Source: Octopus sinensis (lineage: Eukaryota). From it: a stretch of 64,000 nt of DNA. The translations under genes and the position numbers were made by a program. This document shows, piece after piece, positions 41,726 through 56,367 of the stretch. Positions within the stretch are counted from its first letter, which is position 1. Every line of letters begins with the position of its first letter. The stretch is taken from positions 53,506,001 to 53,570,000 of the forward strand of contig NC_043010.1 of assembly GCF_006345805.1 (NCBI RefSeq). The letters run 5' to 3'. Below the pieces are notes generated by a model that saw nothing but the letters and a program-made list of their open reading frames with translations, had not been told where the DNA came from and did not search any database.

Positions 41726-42519
41726 TATATATATATATATATAGCACATTAAGTATAATCCCAGGTAAACCTAGGTAATATTTTGAACGATGCATTCAGA
41801 TTGAAGGAATAGATCTCTTAGACGTGCGAGAGAAAATTTTCTCTCTCACTTAAAGGGTCCATACCTTAACGGAACTCCTTGCCTGCAGGAACAAGGCGTA
41901 CTCTGATCTTTATTCTTCCATCTTTATTGTTCTATCTACTGCTTTATTCTTCTATATACTGTGAATTCTCTATTTCCTGTATACACACATATATATATAT
42001 ATTATATATATATATATCTATATATATATATATATATAAAACCATGTATAAATTATAACAAACAGTAAAAGGTTGTCATTATAGAACTCGGAATTTCGAA
42101 TACAAGAGCGTTACATGTTCGTCGATACATGCTCGTCTGCTATTTATGGCAACAGACGCTACGTAAAACAGTTAAATACAAGGAAGTAACACCAATAGGG
42201 GGAAAACAAAAATATATTACAAAAATATATAAAATATATATATAAAATATACACACAACCATACTCTCACAATGCATAGACATAAAACTCCTGCGTGCAC
42301 AACGTCTACATACGTACACACTCACACAAACATATATACCTACATGGACAAACACACAAAGACAGAAACATAGATGTATGTACGTTCTCATACATACACA
42401 CATATCCACACACACATGCACACACACACACGTATATATACACGCAATCTTATTCACATATTCACATATAGACATTGGTGTTTACATGCATACACTTACC
42501 ATAAAACATATATATACAT

Positions 42520-42606
42520 TTAGACATTTATACATATAAATATACGTATATATATATACAGACATATATATAGATATATATACACGTAAACATATATATA
42601 TATATA

Positions 42607-42639
<33 letters not shown>

Positions 42640-42681
42640 GCAAATATATACATATAGTCATATATATATACACATATACAC

Positions 42682-42758
<77 letters not shown>

Positions 42759-42800
42759 ATATATAAGTATATGTACGATATATACTTATATAAACTTATA
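42520..42800. repeat. (TA)n-rich tract
   Basis: Visible tandem units. Confidence 0.92.
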
Positions 42801-44394
42801 AGATATAAGAGAAGAAAATATAGAGATAACTGATAAATTATTATTTTTTTAATTAAAAAATTGAGAAACATCCCTTAAAGCTCTTTCATTTCGAGACCTT
42901 CAGAAAATTAATTAGTGAAATTAAAAAAGTATTAGAAAATCGAATCTCGTCAGAATTGGTTTTAGCTATACAAAATACGTGTTCAATTCCTGCATGTTGT
43001 GTAAAAAGCTGGAAATCATTAACTGATAAAATTTATACATAAAGATCATAGTATGAAACAAGGTGTAGGCCTTAGAATGTTGAAGAAGTTTGTAAAGTAA
43101 GAATAGTTATCTAGAGTGCTAAGTTGAATCAAAAACTCTCAATTTTTAAAATCTTATTATAATAAATAAATATATATAAACCACGATTTATATAGTTACC
43201 TTGCAGCTGAGTATTTACTCTAATGTTAGAGTTAGAGTTAGGGTTAGGAGTGGGGGGAGGGTATCCTTTTTCTTCAGAAATGTAAATAAACCCAATCTGT
43301 TTCTTAAACGAGGGACATATTCATACGGCATAGAATGTTTTTTTTTTTTTACCTCAATAGACGTCATTGAATGGTTGAAATTGCAGAAATTGAATAAAGA
43401 AAAACAACAAGTATCATGCAAACTATAGAATTTTCTCAATAAAGCCAAGAGAAAAAGATATTTTATAAACACATTCTACCAGTATACGAAGTTTAAAAGT
43501 GTTTAGTTACGTGGAAATTATTTTAAAAAACTGCCGTTCAAACCGAAAAGATCCCTTTCTAACAGCTATTCTAATTGTATGCACTAGTGTGGAAATGTCC
43601 GGGTGTTTTCTAGAGGTTCGGATGGTGTGGTTGGGAATATTTTGTGTAGATGTTTACAATGCTGTATAGAATAAGAAAGAGTGTTTTCAAAAATGCAGAA
43701 TTTCTTCAGATCTCTAAGACTATGAAGCACCATTAATGCTATTATGCCTTATCCACGCAGCTATTTGGTTTCAACATGGTGAAATTGAATACGCAAATTA
43801 AAATCCGTTGATCAGGCGTTCATAGGTTAGGATGACGAGCTCTAAGTGTTGATTCCATTTTCAAGACCTCTTGATATGATTTTGACAGGCTGTAGACACA
43901 AGAGTTCAAACGATCACCCCGAAACCAATGAAAAATAATGAATTATCCGAAGTGGAATATAGCAAAAATAGAAGTATATTGATTTCTGAGTGAAACAAAT
44001 TGAAAAAAAAAATGAGATAAGTATATAATTTTGAAATAAAAATAAAGGCTATAAAACAGAAAAGAGAAGACCAAATGTGACAGACATGGGTAAATTTATT
44101 CCCAGAATGCATCTATTTCTGACAAGTTATTTTATAATAGAGTCGTGATTCATCACTTCCGTAAGATATATGGTTGTCAGTTGAAATATCAATGGGTCGT
44201 ATTCTGCCAAAGACGAAGCAATGTCTGATGACGACAGTTTCTTATCAGGTATCACAATCAATGTAGCTGTTAATAGATACCATGTGAAGGCATAGTTTAC
44301 CATTTTAAACAACTTATGGTACGGTACAATCGTTGAATGTGCCCACGTGTGCGTAGGTCCGTGCATATATATAATATATATATATATATATATA

Positions 44395-44436
<42 letters not shown>

Positions 44437-44596
44437 GCATTTTTTTCTCTAGGGAGACAATGGAGTTGCGCATAAACTAATCCAGTCTGGTTTTTACATA
44501 TCATATCCTCCCCAGTTTTCTCTATTTGCATTGTTTGACCTTTTAAATTTTCCAACGTTATATTCCATATACAATGCTTCAAGCAAACTATACAAT

Positions 44597-44784
44597 CTTA
44601 AATGTGACCGCGTGTGTACCGTTGGCGATTTTTTCCCTCCGTCTTCCCTTCTTTGGATCTTTCCTTTTCCTATGTTTCTGACGAAGAGCTCCGGTTGAAA
44701 CGTTAAACCCTCCTTCTTTCCTTCCTTCCTGAGCGTCCAATAATACTATATTTGTTCCACGTCCTCGCGTTATTGTGTTTTCTC

Positions 44785-44790
<6 letters not shown>
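44597..44790 (+). mobile_element. H1 repeat with hammerhead motif (44673-44708)
   Basis: gttt-ctgacga-agagctccggtt-gaaa-cgtt-aaac; core intact, stem II damaged; ends in (TA)n. Confidence 0.7.
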
Positions 44791-44822
<32 letters not shown>

Positions 44823-45301
44823 ATATATATATATATATATATATACAGACATATATATACATGTATATAAGCGATTTGTTGTTGATATCAACTTTACTCG
44901 GGTGTTCCGATTTTACACGTGTTGTGAGAACGTTAGACATCATTTCAATATGGCAATGAGAAATAAATTTTAGTGAATATTACTCAGTCAATTATAGTCC
45001 AAACTTTTGTCAGTGTTTCTTGGTATTATTTTGTATGTGTGTCTTCTTTTTTTTTCCCCGACATAATTGCCAAACTTTTCGGAGCTATATTTTAGCACTC
45101 TCGCATGCCAAACGTTCCCCTCCCCTCCTCCTCCTCCTCACCATCTTCATCTTCATCATCATCATCGCTGTTATTGTGATGATAATGCTTATACCTTCGA
45201 AACTAAATCACGTATCTTGTCTATTTCGTTTACTTTAAGTGGAATTTATAACGTCTTTTAATTCATTGAAGCTTTGTGTGTGAGTCTCTTTATGTGCGCG
45301 C

Positions 45302-45379
<78 letters not shown>

Positions 45380-46263
45380 GGCATAAAAATATTTCTATAT
45401 AATTTTCCTAAACATTAATGGTAGATATTTATTTAAATATTATCCGTTTCTGCTTTCAACGCAATATATCGAACTTTCAGCCAAGTGACCATAATGCTAA
45501 GTGAGACTTAATTGTCATAACTGTTAGACAACTTCCTGTTTCGTAGCTAAAAGGAAATATAACAGGAAGTTCTTAAGTATAATGAACTATTGTCGAACTA
45601 GCAGTAATATAAGTTCTACTAGTAACACCAAAGCCAAGTTTATATTAATATATATACGAAAACAAACGATATTGTGCAGAGGTAAAACCAAAAAGACAAT
45701 ACTATGAACAAAATACAGAGAACAGGAAATAGAGAAGAGCAAATATGACAAAGTGGCGGTAATATTAGAAAGAAAATGTGAAATTAGTTATATCCTTTCT
45801 ACTATAGGCACAAGGCCCAATGAAATTGGTTATATGGTAATATAGAAATATAGAAACTTGTGATAATGACTGTTTGGGAACATATGTATTATCTTACAGG
45901 TTAGAAATAGGAAATGAATCTGTCTCGTATTTCATCGTAGCGTTTTAAAAAGGGCAGTATATAATATGACTGAATAATGTGATCAATAAAATCAACAAAT
46001 GAAAAAGCAACATTGGGAGGTGCTAGCGCATTCGGTAATATAAGCAACATAAAAATAAAAATATTAGATAAAAAATATACCATGTTTCTTTAAACAGACA
46101 ATCTATTGCTTGAATGTTCATATTGCTTAAATGTTCTCCAATCTGAGCCAAGTTTGTGATTAACTGCCGAACAGCTAACAATATCAGCCACCATATAACA
46201 CATGTTGGATCCAAGCAGATTGAGGAAGGTTTTTACACAGAAAACATCATAGGTATGAGAAGA

Positions 46264-46478
46264 AAACGGCGAGCTGGCAGAATCGTTAGCATGGCGGACA
46301 AAGTGTTTAGTGACATTTACAACTTTACTTTCTGAGTTCAAATGCCGGTGAGGTCGACTTTGCCTTTTATCCTTCCGGGGTTGATAAAATAAGTACCACT
46401 TGAACACCGGGGTCGATGTAATTGATTTGCATCCCCCCCACCAAACGTACTGACCTTGTAATAACATTTGAAACCAAT
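46264..46478 (+). mobile_element. SINE C (tail C2)
   Basis: ggcgagctggcagaatcgttagc...tttgaaacc. Confidence 0.85.
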
Positions 46479-47309
46479 ACTTGTAAGAGAAAAAGTTTCT
46501 TTACAATATTATTCCAATCAAGCCGTGTATATGTTCACTAACGGCGATATGCAAAAAAGTGAAGCATTAGAATGTCTCTGGATCACAGTTCTGCCCTCTG
46601 TTAAATACCACAGCAGAGGGATGTGAATTTAAGGTGGCATAAACTTTCTGACAGATAAGTTTATACCTCGTTTGGCTTGTTCGGGCTGATTATATTGGCT
46701 GCGTTATCTATCTTTTGCTTACTTCAGTCATTAGCTTGGGGGCCTTGAAGAATTTTAATCAAATGAATCTCGACAATAACTTACTGTCTTTAAACTTGGT
46801 ACAAATTCTATCGTTCACATTTACCGAACTGTGAAGTTACGGGGATGTAAGCTCACCAAGATCGGTTGCCAACCGGTGAAGAGGGCGAGATCAACAAAAA
46901 TACGAGGACTCTCAAACAGACACTCAAATATATATATACATACTCGTAATAAAAATCCAGGAAACGAACAGCATACAAACTTAGGGACAAAAGACCGAAT
47001 GGTGGGCAACGCTTAGAAGGCAATCCTAAAGGGTTAACAAGGCAACAAACAGGCAATAGATCAGCTACGCTATAAGTGTAAAGAAGAAAGAGGAATAAAG
47101 GTTGGCTACGGGTCACATGTCAGCATCAAGTAGAGGAGAGAGAGAGTAGGAGACAGAAAAAGGGAGAAAGAAGAAAGGTTAGAAAAATATGGGGGTGAGA
47201 GAGAGAGAGAAAATGGGGAAGCGACTAAGAGACAGGAAAAGAGAAAGTGAACAGGCTAGAAATAGAAGTTGAACGGATATATATATATATATATATATAC
47301 ATATATATC

Positions 47310-47500
47310 GTTGATGATTTTCTTTCTCCGTCTCCTCTTCCTTGGACCGTTCCTTTTTCTATGTTTCTGACAAAGAGCTCCGCTCGAAACGTTAAATCCT
47401 CCCTCTTCTTTCCTTTCCTGTGCATCCAATAACCCTATACTTGTTCCACGTCCTCGCATTGTTGTGTTTTCTCTTTGTGTTTTCATGTTTGGATTAACTA
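47310..47500 (+). mobile_element. H1 repeat with hammerhead motif (47362-47397)
   Basis: gttt-ctgacaa-agagctccgctc-gaaa-cgtt-aaa; G8 changed to A; (TA)n on both sides. Confidence 0.7.
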
Positions 47501-48615
47501 TATATATATGCGACGAGCCTTTCGCACTTTCCGTCTACCAAATCCATTCACGAGTCATTGATGGGCCCGAGGCTGTTGTAGAAGATATTTGCTCAAGGCG
47601 AAATAAGTGGAACTGAACCCGGAATCGTATAATTGCGCATTAAACTTCTTACCACGCAGCCACGCCTGCACCTATACACAAGAAAGTATATGCTGGTGCG
47701 GGCCATTTAATACAAGTCGAGAACTGAACTAGGATCTCAAACGCATCATCCATCACAGAGGAGAAAGTTCTTTCATGGTCGAAGACTATAGTAACAACTG
47801 TGTCAGATTCAGAGCGGAAAGAATTATATGTATAACGCCGTTATTTTTGTAAACTTGATATTGATTTCTGTTTAGTACTGCCACAAGGGAATATATGTAT
47901 GGGACTCCGATAAATTGAAACAAAACTCCTCGGTCAATATGTTTTATCGATCACAAGGAGGAGTCGATTGGGTTTGATAAAAGTACAAAAACAAATCAGA
48001 ATTTGTAACGTCAACAGCAGTATTTCGAAAATGATTGAACAGTACATGTAATATTTCTAACATTACTTTGAATTATTAATTCGTAATATTTCACCTAAAT
48101 ACCACAAAAAATTGTTTAACCAAATCTGACATTAGTAAGAAGCAGAAACAAACAGCAATGGCATTCAATTTTGGTGCTTTCTCTAAATTATTTAAAACTG
48201 CCATGGGAACTATGTTTCCTGTGAAATAGAAGATATATTTTCTGTTGGTGAAGGATGGTGAAAGTGGTAAATGTGTTCTATGAATTATCAAAAAAGATAG
48301 TGGTTCAATTCCTAGACAGGTTGTGTTGTACTTCGTTTCTTATTGTTCAAGTTTTGAGTTTTGTCAATTGTAAGGAGTAGAAGTCATTAGCAGGTGCAAA
48401 TTTCTCTCCATTCAGCTCTCACATGAAGGACCTCAGGATGGGCAAAAGATAAGAGATTGGGAGAAAGGTATTCTGATTGCTCGCAACTACATTGTTCCCT
48501 CAAACTATTAGCAAAAGCATAGCACATGCAACCATGCTCGTTCGCCAGTAAAGGATATCATCTGTTACATTCATAAAGACGTTTTTTACGGTCAGAATTA
48601 CTGAAGCACACTGTA

Positions 48616-48859
48616 GGGTAACACATCACAGCCGAGCTGCAGCAATTGTTGTCTGGTTCCCAAAGCCGAAAATGAACTTCCTTATTTTCTATTTTAAAGG
48701 GTTACATAATTAACACAGGTTATAGGAACATAAAACTTTTTCAACGAACATATAGCTTAAACTGTGCTCTAAATGGAGGTGTAGTCAAATCCTATTTTAT
48801 GGACTCAAAATAAGTCGAAATGTAAGCTACTATAAATCGGCACGAACTTTCCGGACAAC
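48616..48859 (-). mobile_element. Internally deleted mariner, 5' terminal repeat + leader + fused ORF ends
   Basis: Minus strand begins gttgtccggaaagttcgtgccgattt; homologous to 57833-58085; its terminus abuts a partial SINE C (48860-49025). Confidence 0.8.
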
Positions 48860-49324
48860 TTTCTGAGTTCAAATTCCGCCGAGGTCGACTTTGCCTTTTA
48901 TTATTTAGGGATCGATTAAATAAGTACCAGTTACGCCCTGGGGTTGATGTAATCGACTAAATCCCTTTGTATGTCTTTGTTTATGCCTCTATGTTTACCC
49001 CCAATCCTGTTGGTAATAAAAAATAAATATACTTGTTACTCTATTTCACCTAAAAATACAGAGAGCTTAATATTTGCTTCAGAATTCGTAGCGAAATAAC
49101 AGGATAAATGTTGTCATATACATCAAAATTAAATAGTATCATTATAGCTGTTTGTAGACCCTTGGAAATATTTTTTCATAAGAGCAAAAGAAAAACCAAA
49201 ATCAATATAACAATAATCAATTATTTTCGGGATTAAACAGTAAACTTAAAGAAAAATTGTTTATGAACCGTGAAATTAGTTACGATCTCTCTTGATATTC
49301 CTTTATTAATCCTGTAATAAATGT

Positions 49325-49654
49325 CATTGATTTATGTATGTATGTATGTATGTATATATGTACACAAACATACGCTTATACACATATATGTACATGTATA
49401 CATGTGTATGTATATAATTGATGAGCGTATGCGCATGCATGTACATATAAGTATATGTGAATGTCCGCATGTGTGTGTGTTTGTGCGTTTGTATTTGTAC
49501 GTATGTGTGTGTAAGAGCGTATTATATGAATGTAAACAGACACACATAAGATTACTATGAAACTTTTTATTACAATAGAAATAAAATGTATATATATATA
49601 TATATATATATATGCATGTTGTGTGTGTGTTTATATAAAATATACAATATATTC

Positions 49655-49696
<42 letters not shown>

Positions 49697-49758
49697 CAGA
49701 ATGTATATCTATCTATCTATATATATATCTTTCTTTCTATCTATCTATCTATCAATCA

Positions 49759-49849
<91 letters not shown>

Positions 49850-49850
49850 C
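49325..49850. repeat. Compound (TATG)/(TA)/(ATCT)n
   Basis: Visible tandem units. Confidence 0.9.
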
Positions 49851-50371
49851 ATTCCTTTCCTTTATCTGCATGTAAATATACATATTCTGTAATCGAATCA
49901 TCCATACACACAACGGCAGAGTGACTTCTAATCGCAGCTTGTATATATATACAACTTCCTATATATACAACTTCAAGATATTTCCATGGAGATCTCCTCG
50001 GCTGTATCCAACTCCTTCGGCGCATTAAATTCACTTAGTTACATGGTCTTATATTCTAAACGGGGTAAGATATGTACCTCAATGGTATTTTTACACTCGG
50101 AAGATTTTGGATGCAGCTGTGCTGATCTCCTGGTGATGAGTCTCGAAAGATCTAATGAATAATTTAAATACACGCAATGTTGACAGTCTACTGGCATTTT
50201 CTGTATTGTTACAAAATCCAATACATTTTAGAACTGGATTTAGTCTTGGCGACTTTAAAGCATGAAAAACAATTAAATTGTGGAAAAATTAAATGAAATA
50301 TTTATTTTTTTGAATATTTCCATAGTTTTCAAATACAGGGGACATTTTCCTTTTTTTTCTGTCTCTTATAC

Positions 50372-50560
50372 CGGTTATACACTGAGGTCGATACAATCGA
50401 CTTAATCCGTTTGTCTGTCCTTGTTTGTCCCCTCTGTGTGTAGCTCCTTGTGGGCAGCAAAGAAATAAGAATCGTTACGTCTTTACTTTCTGATTCTGAG
50501 TTCAAATGCCGGTGAGGTCGACTATGCCTTTTATCCTTCCGGGGTTGATAAAATAAATAA
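50372..50560 (+). mobile_element. Partial SINE C units with the dimer junction at 50467/50468
   Basis: ...aaagaaata|agaatcgtta... Confidence 0.75.
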
Positions 50561-50637
50561 ATTTAATTTTATGAAGGCTCGGTAGGTAGGTAGTAACAGG
50601 CCTGAAGGAATATTTAATATATATATATATGTATGCG

Positions 50638-50985
50638 TTGTGGTGACTGTGTGGTAAGTAGCTTGCTTACCAATCACATTGTTCTGGGTTCAGTCCCATT
50701 GTGTGACATCTTGGGCAGGTGCCTTCTACTATAGCCTCGGGCCGACTAAGGTCTTGTGAATGGATTTGGTAGACGGAAACTAAAAGAATCCTGTCGTATA
50801 TATGTATGTATGTGTGTGCATATGTTTGTGTTTGTCCCCCACAATTGCTTGGCAAACGATGATGGTGTGTTTACGTCCTCATAACTTAGTGTTTCGGCAG
50901 AAGACCCGATAGAGTAAGTACTAGGCCAACAAAGAATAAGTTCTTGGGTTGCAGTCAAATGACGGAAGTAAATAAAAGACAAGAG
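50638..50985 (+). mobile_element. SINE B, near-full copy
   Basis: Head through the gcagtcaaatgac tail. Confidence 0.85.
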
Positions 50986-50989
50986 ATGT

Positions 50990-51443
50990 ATATGTAGGTA
51001 TGCATGTATGTATGTATGTATATATGTATTATGTATGTATACATGCATGCATGCATATATATATGTATGCATGTATATATGTATGTATGTATTCTTGCAT
51101 GTATGTATGCTTGTATGTATGTATGCATGCATATATGTATGTATGTATGCATGCATGCATGTATGTATGTATATAAGTATGCACGTATGTATGTATGCAT
51201 GAATGCATGCATATCTGTATGTATGTATGCATACGTGCATGTATATATGTATGCATGTATGCAGGCATGCAGGCATGCATGCATTTATGTATGTATGTAT
51301 GCAGGTGTGTATATTTGTATGCATGTATTTATGTATATATGTATGTATGCATGTATGTATGTGTGCTGGCATTTATATATGCATGTATGTATGTATGTAT
51401 GTATGTATGTATCTATCAATCTCTATACATAGATATATGTATA

Positions 51444-51489
<46 letters not shown>

Positions 51490-51520
51490 CATATATATAC
51501 ATATATACATATATTTATGT
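50990..51520. repeat. (ATGT/ATGC)n then (TA)n
   Basis: Visible tandem units. Confidence 0.95.
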
Positions 51521-51819
51521 GTGAGTGTGTGTATTCTTGTGTGTCTGTGTTTGTCTACCCCCCATCGCTTCACAATCGATGTCGGTGAGTGTATATACCT
51601 GTAACCAAGCGTTTTAGTAAAAAAGACAGATAGAATAAGTATTAGGGTTACAAAGAATATGTCATGGAGTCGATATTTTCATCTAAAGATGGTGCTCCAG
51701 CATGGCCTCAGTCAAATGACTATAACAAATAAAATACTATATATGTATATGTATGTATGTATATAGGCTGAGACTTAAGTAATAACTACCTGGACTTGTC
51801 TCCCAACTTTATATACACA

Positions 51820-51901
<82 letters not shown>

Positions 51902-52369
51902 ATATACATATATATATATAATGATTTAAATGAGCCATAAATCAATACTATTTTGAAGAAAGGCGTTTCCCCCAGGAGATGAAATGTCGAACAAGAGAAA
52001 AGAAGGAAAAAATAAAAGAGCAAATATTTCGGATAGAATTTTATTTTGCATCATTCTTTTATTCTTCTTTCTGTCTTTCTTTTTATGTGCAAATCAAACT
52101 TATTGTTTCGATTGTTCGTACAGAAAAATATTGGAGAGGTGACCAGCTGGAAAAACAAAGCAAAATAAACACAAGAAAACGTATTTAGCTACTTACTACG
52201 ACTATACCAAATTTACCATGAAAATGAGATGCTTTATATGCACAAGCGAGATAGTGACTAAATTTGTTTTTCTTTGGTTAGATGAAAAAGGAAATATCGA
52301 AGCCTTGTCTATGCTGGAGGCTAACGAACTGGTTTATCTCGACCGTCTTGTGTTTTCTTGTTTGGATTA

Positions 52370-52408
<39 letters not shown>

Positions 52409-52464
52409 TCTTTTACTCTTTTACTTGTTTCAGTCATTTGACTGCGGCTATGCTGGAGCACCAA

Positions 52465-52640
52465 CTTTTTCTCTCCTTGTTTCTCTCCGTGTTTCTTTTC
52501 TGTGTATCTTTCTGTTGAAGAGCGTAGGCTCGAAACGTAAGAGACTTGTTTTATTTATATTCCTGAGCGCCATACTAATACAGTTGTTTGTTTGTATTCC
52601 ACCTGCCTTCGTCTTTTGTTTATTTTCATAAAGCTTCCCG
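52465..52640 (+). mobile_element. H2 repeat with hammerhead motif (52507-52544)
   Basis: tcttt-ctgttga-agagc gtag gctc-gaaa-cgta-agaga; ends in (TA)n. Confidence 0.7.
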
Positions 52641-52974
52641 TTATATATATATGTAGATGTATTTGTATATCAATATATATTTATACACACGCACGCGCGC
52701 ACATGTGTGTACGTGTCTATAGATATATATCCATATACAAATACACACGCACGCGCGCAACGCACACACATACACACACACATATATATCATAATATATA
52801 CATACCTATATATTTTAATGTATATACATTGCTCCAAAATATTTACAAACTAGCATTTAATGTTATACCGCTTTAGTATTTCTGTCATAAATTTTATTTG
52901 ATACTGTGTCTTTACATTCGTTACATATAAAACCGTATGAAATCATATAATATATAGTGTCAATATATATCTTG

Positions 52975-53190
52975 CATAAGGCGGTGAGCTGGCAGGATAT
53001 TTACCGAGCTGAGCTAAATGCTTGGCGATATTTCGTTCGTCTTTATGTTCTGAGCTTGAATGTCCCTAAGGCCGACTTTCACTTACATCCTTTCAGGGTC
53101 GATAAAATAGTCACTAATTTTGTACAGGGGTCGTTGTAATTGGCTTATCCCTCCCTGGAAATTGCTGGCAGTAGGCCAAAATTTGAAACC
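52975..53190 (+). mobile_element. SINE C (tail C2), diverged
   Basis: ggcggtgagctggcagga...aaaatttgaaacc. Confidence 0.8.
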
Positions 53191-53203
53191 TATATATATA
53201 TAT

Positions 53204-53439
53204 ATATATTTCTTTACTACCCATAAGGGGCTAAACACAGAGAGGACAAACAGGGACAGACAAACAGATTAAGTCAATTTCATCGACCCAGTGCATAATT
53301 GGTACTTATTCATCGACCCCGAAAGGATGAAAAGCAAAGTCGACCTCGGCGGAATTTGAACTCAGAACGTAACGGCAGGCGAAATACGGCTACGCATTTC
53401 GCCCGGCGTGCAACGTTTCTGTCAGCTCACCGCCTTTAT
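53204..53439 (-). mobile_element. SINE C (tail C1)
   Basis: Full-length match to the other C copies. Confidence 0.88.
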
Positions 53440-53796
53440 TATATATATATATATATCATATATCTATATATTATATATATATATATATAATATATATATA
53501 TCATGTATATGATAAGTTATGCTTGCTTACACCAAGGTTTCTCTTATTGTTATAGAAGTCTATCTCGCCACGAGATACTGTAGAACTTTCAGCTTAGACT
53601 AGAGCAACGTAAAATTTATTTCTTTGTTTAAGAGTACAGGCAACCCGGTCCGCGATTTGATGAACATGGGACACAACTTTAAGAACTAAACCAAGTGCTC
53701 TCATTGCATTGCAAACGATAATAGATTCTTAAAACGTTATTACTATCCCCGTTCTATAGAACTTAGAGAAAGTTAAACCGGTCTTACTTTAAGACG

Positions 53797-54023
53797 ACGA
53801 GCTGGCAGAAACGTTAGCACGTCGGGCGATATGCTTAGCATTATTTCGTCTGCCACTACGTTCTGAGTTCAAATTCCGCCGAGGTCGACTTTGCCTTTCA
53901 TCCTTTCGGGGTCGATTAAATAAGTACCAGTTACACACTGGGGTCGATATAATCGACTTAATCCGTTTGTCTGTCCTTGTTTGTCCTCTCTGTGTTTAGC
54001 CCCTTGTGAGTAGTAAAGAAATA
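53797..54023 (+). mobile_element. SINE C (tail C1)
   Basis: 17-bp TSD ggtcttactttaagacg at 53780-53796 and 54024-54040. Confidence 0.92.
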
Positions 54024-54299
54024 GGTCTTACTTTAAGACGGAACATAGTTTTTGAACAAACGCTGCTTTAATAAAAATGAAAACGTTGGAAAAAATTGCT
54101 TCGAATCCATAACTGCAAGAAAAAAAATAAACAGACATTAGCAAGTATTTTCGGGATTTAACTTTAAACTCAAATAAAGGTAGTTTTCAACGTGAACGCG
54201 TCGTGTTTTTGGATATGTCCTGTTCTGATATCCTTCTATTAATCCTGTAATAAACATAACTGACATGAGTGTATCAAAGCATGGATACAAACAAATACA

Positions 54300-54374
54300 T
54301 AAAAAAACATAGAAATGCATATATACATACATGTATACATACATATATATATATATATACGTACATACATACAT

Positions 54375-54419
<45 letters not shown>

Positions 54420-54560
54420 TATATGTATATGTGTGTGTAATGTCAACGAATACATGACGGATATAGAATGTAATGTATATAGTATAAAATGATGCATGTA
54501 TATACACATACACATGAACATGTTTACGTATGTTTATATTCACATGTGTCTGCATGTCTG

Positions 54561-54598
<38 letters not shown>

Positions 54599-54735
54599 CT
54601 ATCTATCTATCTATATACATATCTACATATATATGTATGTATATGTATGCATATATGTGTGTGTGTATGTTTGTGCGCGCGCGCGCGTGTGTGTGAGTGT
54701 GTGAATGTGTGCATGTATTGACACACACACACATC
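54300..54735. repeat. Compound microsatellite
   Basis: Visible tandem units. Confidence 0.88.
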
Positions 54736-54981
54736 AGTCTTATTTATTGCAAGGTTGATAAGTGCAAGCATGGCTGCGAGGTAAACTTTCTTCCCAAGAA
54801 CATGCTTTCGGGTTCTCTCCCACTGCGTGGCACCTTGGGATGAAGAAAGCCTAGCAAGGATTTGATAGACGGAATACGTTTATATATATTTGTGAGTGTG
54901 TACATATAATCTATATATGTATTTACACATAGAAGCACATACACACATAAACATACAAACACACACACGCACATATCTATG

Positions 54982-55016
<35 letters not shown>

Positions 55017-55023
<7 letters not shown>

Positions 55024-55508
55024 TAGATAAACTTAGATATGTTTCGACCAAAGATTGGTCCAGGCCATGTCTAACTTAATAGCACCACCTGATAGGATTA
55101 TTCGAATCCTGTTTAAGTCAAGATTTGTTTAAGTCAAGTTTTGTTCAAGTAGTGAGTGCTTGTTGGGTGAGTTGTATCAAGTTTTGTTCAAGTAGTGAGT
55201 TCTTGTTGGGTCAGTTGTATCAAGTTTTGTTCAAGTAGTGAGTTCTTGTTGGGTGAGTTGTATCCAATTATGGGTGGCTTATCTGGTATTCTTTGAAGGA
55301 ATCTATCCAGACTCCGTTTAAAGTTGATGGGATCCTTTTCCTCGTTGATCTCCCTCGGGACAATGTTAAATAGGGCAGGGCCTGTTGAGGAGAAGAAATT
55401 ATGTTGCAGTGTACATGTATGTTGTAATCTTGAATTGGGCAGGGGACGTATGGCCCGTGGTCCCAGTCTTGGATGAACCTTGAAGCTAATGTTAAGGTCG
55501 TTTGGGCA
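55017..55508 (-). mobile_element. CR1/Jockey-group LINE 3' end, 5'-truncated
   Basis: HNFFSSTGPALFNIVPREINEEKDPINFKRSLDRFLQRIPDKP..GY...NSLL is a typical CR1-like RT C-terminus; (atctaagttt) terminal repeat; inserted in TA/TG microsatellite. Confidence 0.8.
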
Positions 55509-56367
55509 ATGTGTATATATGTATATATACTGCAAACACACACATACATCAACGTCATCATGTGCAAGTTACTTATAAACGGCTAACGACATTTTCTACG
55601 GTCAATTTAGTTTTTGTGGAATGTGCATTTAAATAACCTTAGATGTATGTTATTGCTTGTTCATACCAACCAAAATATATTTCATTTGATTCTATCAAAA
55701 CTATTCAAACGTCTGTAACACTCTCTGCTAAGTAATCGTCTTTAATATAAATTCATTTCGTACTATATATTTAATCAGTAATTTTACACATAATAATGTA
55801 GGGGAAATACGAAATTTCCTGTTTTTAACCTCGTAATTTTATCCTCATTTATTGTGGTTTTGCTTTGATACATTTTTCATAATAAAATTTCCTATTAATC
55901 TTATGGAGCACTAAAATAATTAGTAGCCTTCCCTACCCGTAAACCGTTTTCTCTGAAGTTTTAAATTAGGATCAATATTTTACAAGCGCCGTTTTATAAA
56001 CGTGGACGATAAAATTAAAAGTTAATAGCGCCAGTCGTCAGCCATATTTTTTGTTATATTTTTCATTGAAACGAACTTCCTCGTGCCAGCTAGTGTCTAG
56101 CCATTTGTGATATGAAAGCTCATTCTTAGTAACAATTTAATTCCTTGCAAAGTGGAACACCTGTGACGGCCTTACGATTTGATCTATCGTTGGTCACGCT
56201 GTGAAATGTTGTATAAAATGGTATAATATACATGACGTATATGAAGTAATATAACACTACATAATATAGACTATGAAATCTCTCTCTCTCTCTCTCTCTC
56301 TTTACACACACACGTATATGTGTATGTATGTATGTATGCATGTATGTATGTATGTATGTATGTATGT

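Noticed and set aside
55135-55263. CRISPR-like array (also 3040-3172, 26427-26496)
   Set aside because: The repeats are contiguous with no unique spacers, lie in eukaryotic retroelement or palindrome context, and there are no cas genes.
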